Assembly (NCBI GenBank): GCA_000320545.1
Contig: ADNK01002595.1
Location: forward strand, 63,632 to 127,631
Direction: 5' to 3'
DNA from: Bigelowiella natans CCMP2755
Lineage: Eukaryota; Protista; Cercozoa
Length of the DNA stretch: 64,000 nucleotides
Both the position numbers and the translations under genes were made by a program. Below are positions 55,739 to 64,000 of the stretch, in pieces (the first letter of the stretch is position 1; each line of letters opens with the position of its first letter). Below the pieces are notes generated by a model. That model had not been told where the DNA came from and ran no database searches. It was given only the letters and a program-made list of their open reading frames with translations.

Positions 55739-57521
55739 ATGAGTCGCCTTATTCAGGCAGTAGGTGTTCTTTACATAGTCTTCTTTACTATAAATTGGTT
55801 CCGATTGCTTCCAAGAAAAGAGCAGCAGCAGCTTCCTCATAGCAGTGTCGATCTTGACCAGACTGGCAATCACGGCACCGAAAAATCACTGCCATCTCAC
55901 CAAACAGTCGAACCACAATTAAGGGATAAGGTACGTAGGAGTGGCTCTCTGAGCATGTACGCGCCGTCTCGTCCTATCGAATTCGATGTATCCGGACCGA
56001 GCGAAAATGCACAAGTAAAAGGTGCTGGGGTTCTTAGCAATCGTACCAGACGATTCTGGATCAGGATCAACGATGGATGGCACGGTTTCTTCGCTCAATT
56101 CCTTGTGGTTATGAACGAGATATGTTATGCCGAGCAACACGGTCTAGTTCCATACATCTTTATCGACGGTTCTACAGAGCGCCACGGACCAAACCGCTAT
56201 TTTGACGTCACGTCTGGAAATAACATATGGGAATACTATTTCCTACCCATCTCATCAGAGCCACCCCCAACTACACTGAAGGAACGAAAAAAGGACTTAA
56301 CGTTTAACTGGGATCAGGAACGAGCTCATCATATTTCCCGTGATGCTATCAAAGCGTACGTTGTATACGATAATAAGCATATATCAGAGACCACATGCAG
56401 AACGAGTGCACATACATATAACATAAATATGCGCCATACAACTTATATAAGTTCACATGGTTAGACGTAGGAGCAAAACTAACCTCTTCGCCTTATCAAA
56501 TTCCTTTATCTACCCCCAGTTACTACTACGGACATTCTTTCGATGGGAAATCAAACAAGAAGCGGTTCAGGAGCAACCGCTACGATGACTCATTCTACTA
56601 CCACCATCGTTCCCTTGCCCACAGAGTTCTTGATGCATATTTGCGGCTAAAGCCACAGATTTTTAATGAAACACAAGATTTTGTGCGAGAGAGGTTCATA
56701 GGGAAGACGGTTTTAGGGGTGCACATGCGCGGGACCGATAAGATCGCATCCGCCGGTGGCGGAATGGTAATCCCTGCAGCAAAGTATGCAGTCTACATCC
56801 AAGAGTAATGTTTCACGAAAGCATGCAAGAATAGTATGGACGATGAGAAGGAGGATCTTTCATATTTGAAAGTTTTTGAAAACATTATGCTGTGACACAT
56901 TCCACGTTTAAGCTTTTTTTCCCTTTCTTTTTTTGCCATTTTTTTTTTAAGATTTAGCAGTGCAGCCAGAAATCTTATAATATGCACCAACACCTTAGAT
57001 TCTTGAAGTGGGCAGCTGAATCACCAAATGTTGGCATTACTAATGCAGCTGTCTTCATCGCCACAGAATCTCAATCTCTCCTCGATACGTTAGTGGCGAC
57101 ACTAGAGGAGAAATACGAGGCCTTTGGCGTGAAGAAGGGAGCAAATTCAATAATCATAACGCGTGAGGTGCTTCGATCTCCGAAGTACTTTACCAGACGT
57201 GGACAACGTTTAGAGCAAAATATCTTTCTTGACAGCTCCACTGGGGGAGGATACCAAAAGGGCAAAGACGTATTGATCGACGCGTTGCTGATGAGCCAGT
57301 GCGACTTCTTGATCCACGGTGCGTCTTCTGTGTCAGAAGCTGCTTTCTGGTTCAACCTGGCTCTCCATAACAGCTCGGTGCATTTACAATATGAAGATCA
57401 TGAGGATGTAGCCAAGCAGATGGCGGCAAAAGAAAATGATGATAACAGGAACCAGGGAGGTTGGGATTCGTCATTGTCATCTTATCCATGGAACCGCTTA
57501 ACCAGCTTTCATCGAGTGTAG
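55739..57521 (+). CDS. NodZ/GT23-like alpha-1,6-fucosyltransferase, type II membrane protein, 3 exons
   Basis: N-terminal TM anchor, then GFFAQF, NIWEYYFLPI, VLGVHMRGTDK (GDP-fucose motif I), VFIATES and VLIDALLMSQCDFLIHGASSVS. Confidence 0.82.
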
Positions 57522-58144
57522 CATCAGAAGTGGCAGCCCAACAGGAGATAGCGTTCTTAAACATATTCATCCTGAATATCATGCACACGTGTTATACCGT
57601 CTTGCTTCAACATCCATATCATTTCCCTCAAATTGCCCTGTTCTACAAGAGCCTTCCTAGCTTCGCTCATTTGCTGTGTGCCACTCAATTTTCCAGAGAT
57701 TAGATGTACAAATGTGCATGTCGCAAGAATCATGGTGCCACTGTTCAATGCAAGATGAACTTGTGTTGACATACATGACACGCCCTTGATCTATTTTGCT
57801 GTTGACTTTTTTGAATTGCCAAGAAGCAGAAAAATACCAGCACGGGCAACACATCGTATTATGCATCTATACACCGCATTTGTTCGTGTTTCTGTGCTCT
57901 CATGACGTGCTGCGCACCTTGATTGCTTGGAAAATGATTCATGGAAGATGTGCAGGCAATGCGCTGACATGTTCAACAGTCAAAATTCACATTCCTGATG
58001 GCGAATCGAATGAATGCACACCTAGCACACCAATGATAGACATGCAATATGATATATATATATATATTTAAGCGCTGTAGCCGCTGCATTGCACAGCTAC
58101 ATTAGGATGACCATTGGAAAAATTTAAACATTTCATTACATCCG

Positions 58145-58198
<54 letters not shown>

Positions 58199-58439
58199 CC
58201 ATATTGCTGTGTCTATTATACCATGCGCGAAACACACGAGTCTAGGAGTGGGCAACATCAGTGCAATTAGTTCTTAAGTTGTCTTGAGTTGGATACAAAG
58301 GATGAGTGAAACTTTCCTGCCCAAATCTCATCGCAGGCCAACGAAAGATCGCACCGAGGAGTTCCGCTTCGTTCCGTGCCCCATTGAGTGACCATCGAAA
58401 AAAAAATGATAAATGTGTGCAATGAACGACTTTGCGCAA

Positions 58440-59240
58440 CTCTCCAAACCCACGGACAACGTCCCCTCCTAGCACCTTTCCAGCCCATTGCACTGGGACA
58501 TTAGTGCGACTGCTCGTTTCGTGCTACTTCTGGGACCAGTTTCATCCATCTTCGATTTTCTCACCTTCTACCTCGCTTATTGGCAGCGGTCGGGGCGCGA
58601 AGACCCGCTAGCCCGGCCGTGTTTCGAACCGCATTGTTTGTCGAGGGCATTCTCTCACAGATGTTCATCGTTCTTGTCCTCAGAACTGCTGTGCCTGAAT
58701 CGGCACCTAATCGAGTCATTCCCCTCTGATTCACACTAACGCGGCGAAATCAGCAGCCGGAGCCTAATTAGTGGCAACAGTACACCTACATCGGCTATCG
58801 TCACAGCAGCAGCTGCTAGGGAGTCAACACCGCCACAGCTTGCGTTTTACTACTATCGCCCGTTGCATCAATCCGATCATGGCTTCGTGGCAGTTCTAAT
58901 CGGGTGAGGAGCAAGATAGCGATCGGTTTTGATGTTGATGCCGATGATGATGATAATGATGGTGATGACGACGGCGGTGTCGGTGGTAGGGGTTATAATG
59001 GATGGTGATATTAGTATGTTTACGTTTATTTTCTTATTTCCCCTCCCCTGATTCGTTGGACCCAGGAGAGAGGCGGGCCTTCAGTGTTGCTAGTCGTCGT
59101 GACGGTATTGATGGGTATGATATCTGTCACCCTAACACAAAAATCCCTGTCGTTGGCGATGAGCTGGAGTTCGTCAATCTTCCTGCTCAATATTGGCCAT
59201 GGCTTCTGACCATCATAGTGTTGTATTGCTCGCTCAGTGC
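58440..59240 (+). pseudogene. Decayed C-terminal fragment of an MgtA/MgtB-like (P3B) Mg2+ P-type ATPase
   Basis: Reads PTDNVPS*HLSSPLHWDISATARFVLLLGPVSSIFDFLTF, then a frameshift near 58600 to AVFRTALFVEGILSQMFIVLVLRT, and later LEFVNLPAQYWPWLLTIIVLY. There is an in-frame TAG at 58470-58472. No DKTGT core is present upstream. Confidence 0.75.
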
Positions 59241-60474
59241 AAGGGCGTTGCAGAGGTCTTTCCATGCATTGGGGGTTTTTGAGTTTTGAGTCATCATCAC
59301 ACTTACCGACCGACTACCGCACAGCAGGACATCCATCCATCCATCCCTCCCTTTTTGTCCTACGACAACGGTAAAACAACGAAAAATCGATGACGAGGCC
59401 CTCGAATTGTATCGGACGCTCCAGTTTCTCCACGATGATTTCTTGATTTCCAGCCACTGGATTTTGGAAATGTGGTGCTTCAAGTTTCTGTCTTTCTTTC
59501 TTTTTTGTGTGTTCTCATTACAACACGAACGCTCTCAATTTTTGTATGACGACAAGTTGCACAACAGGTCGATGGGCACACAAATAGGATTCTTGTGTTA
59601 AGGGCTAATAGCTACCATATGTGCCAAACATACCCCTTCCTCGTTCCGATACTACCGGTTTATGTATAAATTTTAGATGAAAAAGAGTACTTTTTTGAAT
59701 TAATTCTAACTTAATTGGAGTTTTCTCATCCTATCCTCCTGAGGAGATTGTGAGGAGATCCCGGAAAGTTTTCATGCAAACACTGGATGGCTATAAAAAA
59801 CCAAAGCCGAATCCTAAAGAGGTGAATGGGCAATTTTCACCATATACATACAAAATGGGCTTTATATGATTTGAAACAAAGGCCACTTGTTTATATTTAT
59901 TACTCAGCTGCAAATAATGCCGTCTTACATTTCAGCTTAATTCTGTACATTCTTATTTTATTTACGGGACCAAGTCAATGTCACAGAACACAAAATATAA
60001 AATGAGATCGTAAATGAAGGATATTTTTCATACTTTTATTCTTTTCTTTCCTAGAAAATAACCTGAATTTAGGTCTGCTCTTTGTTCTCTCTAGGAGAAG
60101 AGTTTTTTCAGTCTTAGTTGTTCAAAATATTCTTTATGTTAAGTAAATTGTACTATTATTATATACCATAGTTTTATCATAACGACCATGAGTAAAAACC
60201 TTTTATTACCCGAAGTCGGTCTTTGATGAAATATAAAATGTATATTCTAGATCTGAATAGGGTTTAATCGCGCATGTAGGGAAATTCAGAATGGTAATTG
60301 CAATCTTTGTATTAATATTTCGTCGAATGTGCTAGAATATAAATGTACGTCATGCCCCCACAACATAAAATAAAACGAATTAGCAGTTACCCATGAATGC
60401 GTTCAACGATTTTATGGTTGGTTTTTTCTTGGTAGAGTCTTGAGGCAGAACCCAACCGGATCCACCTCCCAAAA

Positions 60475-60972
60475 ATGTACCAGCAGATCAACGCACCTAA
60501 GTCCAACATGAAGAAGACTCTTCTTACGGCCTCCGTGGCTCTCAACGCTCTCCTCGTTGTTGCTTTGTGCTTCATGGCATTCTCTGGCAACACCCTTGCA
60601 GCACCTGTTCGCTCTGTGAGCGTGAACTCCCAGGTTGGCCGAAGGGCTGCAATGGGAGGTGCTGCTGCTGGAATGGGGCTTGCTGCTACCCGCATGGCTA
60701 AGGCTGTCAACCCTACCTCTATCTTCGAGACCAACTGTGGAGCTTGCCACCAGGGAGGTGGAAACAACATTATCACTGGACACACTCTTTCCAAGACCGC
60801 TATGGAGCAATACCTTGATGGCGGATGGAACAAGGAGTCCATCGAGTACCAAATCCGCAACGGTAAGGGACCTATGCCTGCTTGGGAGGGAGTTCTTTCC
60901 GATGAAGAAATTAAGGCTATGACCGAGTGGGTTTACGAACAGTCCACCACCACCTTCAAGGATGTCAACTAA
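60475..60972 (+). CDS. petJ: Nucleus-encoded cytochrome c6 precursor (green-algal type), intronless, tripartite targeting sequence
   Basis: CGACHQGGGN heme motif, HTLSKTAMEQYLDGG, and YQIRNGKGPMPAW with the axial Met. The presequence is a signal peptide (ASVALNALLVVAL), a short transit-like stretch, then RR-hydrophobic-AKA. Confidence 0.95.
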   Translation: MYQQINAPKSNMKKTLLTASVALNALLVVALCFMAFSGNTLAAPVRSVSVNSQVGRRAAMGGAAAGMGLAATRMAKAVNPTSIFETNCGACHQGGGNNIITGHTLSKTAMEQYLDGGWNKESIEYQIRNGKGPMPAWEGVLSDEEIKAMTEWVYEQSTTTFKDVN

Positions 60973-61518
60973 ACTAAGTTAAAAAAGAGTTTAGAGCAAC
61001 ACTTTGGATTCTGTTTTATTGATGCCGCATTCTGGAATTTTAATTTAGACGAATCATTCATATGATAGAAAATATTGTGTTTATCACAGCTACGTGAGCC
61101 CCTTTCAGTGATTCAGGACTTGTATTGCGCTATTGTTGCTTGAACTTGCAGCCATCCAGCACAACACGGCGTTGTGACATACCGGGTTACGTACATATTC
61201 ATACCCAGACAACATACATGTCTAGATGTGTATTCACAAAGTGTGCATGTATGTGTATGAAAGTACGTCTAAATATGTGCATGCGCTAGCATATGTATAT
61301 TTATTAACACACGCTAGCACGCACGCTCCAAAGCCGTGCTAGCTAGCTAGTGCATGTTGTGTTGCGGTCGTACAAACGCCATGTGATGACAGTCGAGCAC
61401 GCCTAGCACGCATGCTGCGTCGATCGGTGCGTACATGTTTATGCATGTTGAGATCTAGAGATGTCCACATCGCATCTAGACATCACGCACAACACTACTA
61501 GACTAGAACATGCTAGGA

Positions 61519-61664
61519 TTATAGACATGTAATACCATATATATAATATACATGTGCTATTGCTGTGTCTATTGTAAATCTATTCTAGCGAAAAAGAAGG
61601 GGATACTTATTATAGACATGTAATACCACATGTGTAATATGTGTGCTATTACTGTGTCTATTGT
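61519..61664. repeat. Imperfect ~55-bp direct repeat (two copies, 91 bp apart); a partial third copy at ~58200
   Basis: ttatagacatgtaatacca...tgtgctatt(g/a)ctgtgtctattgt at 61519-61575 and 61610-61664. tattgctgtgtctatt also occurs at ~58202-58217. Confidence 0.85.
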
Positions 61665-61904
61665 TCTATCAGGTCACACGCTCTGCACTACGCTAGCTAG
61701 CTACAGCGTAGTACGATATACAGCTACATACTCGATCTAGTTACGTTGTCTGCTAGTCTGCTAGTAGTTGATGATGCTGCATGTCTTGCGCAGTGGCGAT
61801 GATCGATTCCTGATCATTAAGCTAGCAATGTTGCTGTCGTCGTGATGTTGTCATGCTAGCATATGCATGTTGCTTGCACATGCTTGGTGCAGAACGATGC
61901 ATAG

Positions 61905-62101
61905 CTAATAGCTTGTTTCTTTCATGGAGCTGTCGCAGGGGGGCAGAACTTTTGCAATGGTTCCAAGTGCGAACGCAGCCGTAATCGGCATTGTCAGGTT
62001 GCCATTCATGTCTCCAATCTACAAAGTATGTGAACAAACAAGGCATTTGTGCATGAACGTGCACTTGTGTGTGTTTGTGCATGATGTGAGAGAGGAACTG
62101 G

Positions 62102-62162
<61 letters not shown>

Positions 62163-62516
62163 TGAATAAATGAGTTGTCACACCACAACAATATCTGCTA
62201 TTGCCGAGATCACCCCATTAAGCACTGCTACCGCGACCTGAGCCATAAAAAAATGCTTATAATTTTCAGGGAGACAAAACCAAAGATCTAAAAATTCGGA
62301 TGGAAAAGATGAGTTTTGATGTACATGACTGACCCGACGACAAGGGCATGTCACACTGCTAAGAATGATCGATGTACATATTATTGCTCTTGTCGTCGTT
62401 GTTTAAGATTAATTTACGGCACCTTGATCAAAGGGACAAAGAGTATCTTTGGAAGGAAGAACCCCCCGCGCAATTGGATTGGACCAAGGCATAAATCCTG
62501 TGTGTGCGTGTGATTG

Positions 62517-62564
<48 letters not shown>

Positions 62565-63073
62565 TGGTACATGGGTTCATTCGCTCCATGTCTCTCGTGA
62601 CCCTACTGATAATATTAGCCCAACCTGAAACGCCAGGAAAGCCATTGTAGAAGTTGCTGTCGCGGTTGCATTCCAAATGCATGCAACCTATAAGTGAAAA
62701 AATAGCAATCATAGGACTTGAATAACACGAATCTATATTTTGGAGTTTTTACTGATCAAGAATCAACGGAGAGAGTACAAAATGCGCTTCTCGTTGAATA
62801 TAAAAATCGTACATAGCTCTTGCCCTCCAGTCCAAATATCAGCTGTCGCTTGGCCACCTATGTTAGCAATATGTAAATGTACGATAACCACAGCGAAAGA
62901 TATATGAACATAAAGAAATACATCAGAACGAACGACGTTAACACCTACCTGGCCGGCGAGCTCGGCGAAGGATGTCCCAATAGATAAACCTAGGATTGCG
63001 AGGTGTGCTACTCCTGGAGGGAAGGCGCCGATGACTAATACCAATAGACGTAACGCATAGTGTTGATATAAAT

Positions 63074-63131
<58 letters not shown>

Positions 63132-63660
63132 TTTTATATGTGTATAAATGTGTGCGTGTGTATTGTTTTCCATTTGCTCCATACTACAAGCTTTGAGTAC
63201 TTCTATGCTACAATTCTGAACGACCGGCGGCAAGTCCCCATAAGGTAAACACAGCTACAGGAGGCTCTCCATTGACTTCTTCTTGACTAAACACTCGCTC
63301 GAAAACCTGCATTATGCGTAAGTGGTGTAAAGCTTTGAGTGTGCTAGATTTAAACTGTGCTCTGTTGTCTCACAAAATCTATCTTTCTCTTCCTGTGACT
63401 ATATCTATCACTATAACTACCACTACTGCTATTTCTGCTACTGCTACTACTACAGCTGCTTCTAACAACCGCAAGAAATGCCTCATTTATTTTTGGAGAG
63501 AAGTGCCTGTAGTTAGTTACACATCGCAACATAAGAAACTGGATATAAAGCACTTTTTATTTCTGGACTTATTTTCCTTCTCATTTTCCCTCACCGTGAG
63601 CTATGAGCAATCCTTACGAAGACAGCCATGTAGCATAGGTACTGAACCTTTTATGAATAA
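61905..63660 (-). CDS. Dgk1/phytol kinase/dolichol kinase (CTP-dependent polyprenol kinase superfamily)-like membrane protein, 5' partial
   Basis: Exons VFERVFSQEEVNGEPPVAVFTLWGLAA, AILGLSIGTSFAELAGQ, VAVAVLNGVISAIADIVV and IGDMNGNLTMPITAAFALG* match the family layout (RxxE...GD..A.L.G...D-N-L-x-x-P), but with substitutions. Confidence 0.55.
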
Positions 63661-64000
63661 GCGTGATCTAACAGTAAACGTAGGTGCTAATTCAGGAAAT
63701 CCCTTTTCTCTTGAAAATACCTCTGTATTTCTCTCACTCTCTCTATTTCTCTCTCCCCCCCCCCCCCACCCCCCCCATAGAAATATTGTTGTTTTCCATC
63801 GGCCCCGAGTGGTCTTTTTTAAAAACCCCAGTCTTTATAAACCCAAAAAGATTAAAGAAGGTCTTGTTGGGGGAGAGTGGAGAGAACATTTTACCCCTAC
63901 CCAAGGGTGTGAGGAGGGGAAGTTCCTCCCAAAATAGAGAAAATTTGAGGGTTAGGGGGATTCTAACCGCTTTTCAAAGAAAGGAGACTTTTCGACCCCT

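Larger units (their letters stand above)
60..63130. repeat. Pervasive intronic microsatellites: (TA)n, (CA)n/(TG)n, (GA)n/(CT)n, (GAT)n/(CAT)n, (GTA)n/(CTA)n, (GAG)n/(CCT)n, G/C runs
   Basis: Directly visible in most introns, with tracts typically 20-50 bp long. Confidence 0.97.

Noticed and set aside
58470-58472. In-frame TAG suggesting stop-codon reassignment
   Set aside because: The same fragment has a frameshift, and the other genes use the standard code and stops, so a pseudogene is the simpler explanation.
60387-60860. 157-aa and 146-aa minus-strand ORFs
   Set aside because: Antisense shadows of codon-biased petJ.
45-63233. Numerous short ORFs with poly-H/S/D/YI/CV/ER/THTH runs
   Set aside because: They are translations of intronic microsatellites, not proteins.
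63660-64000. Homopolymer-rich stretch with odd composition and part of a 207-aa ORF
   Set aside because: It looks like low-quality read-end sequence near a contig gap and has no recognisable coding signal.

Overview
Eukaryotic nuclear DNA that is intron-dense with microsatellite-filled introns. It is most likely a chlorarachniophyte alga (Bigelowiella-like), inferred from the signal-peptide-led plastid presequence on a green-algal-type cytochrome c6. I spliced genes by hand at GT/AG sites, so exon edges and some ends are approximate. In order: mitochondrial phosphate carrier (+, 5' partial); pirin (-); U-box/ankyrin/Sel1 E3 ligase (+); aspartate-semialdehyde dehydrogenase with a mitochondrial-type presequence (-); a ~24 kb gene that appears to fuse a Cbl-TKB-like (helical bundle/EF/SH2-like) module, coiled coils, ankyrin repeats and a polycystin-2-type channel (+); a tyrosine-kinase-like kinase with ~14 Sel1 repeats carrying a hypervariable di-residue (-); DHHC palmitoyltransferase (+); GH18 hydrolase (-); NodZ-like fucosyltransferase (+); a decayed MgtA-like P-type ATPase fragment (+); intronless petJ with a twin-arginine lumen signal (+); a Dgk1/phytol/dolichol-kinase-family membrane protein (-, 5' partial). 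The first nine genes alternate strand strictly, and each tail-to-tail spacer holds a 0.3-0.8 kb palindrome-rich (CATG/TGCA/CTAG) segment. The best candidate for a new system is the SH2-like/ankyrin/PKD2 channel facing the TK-Sel1 repeat kinase. Most ORFs in the supplied track are microsatellite artefacts.
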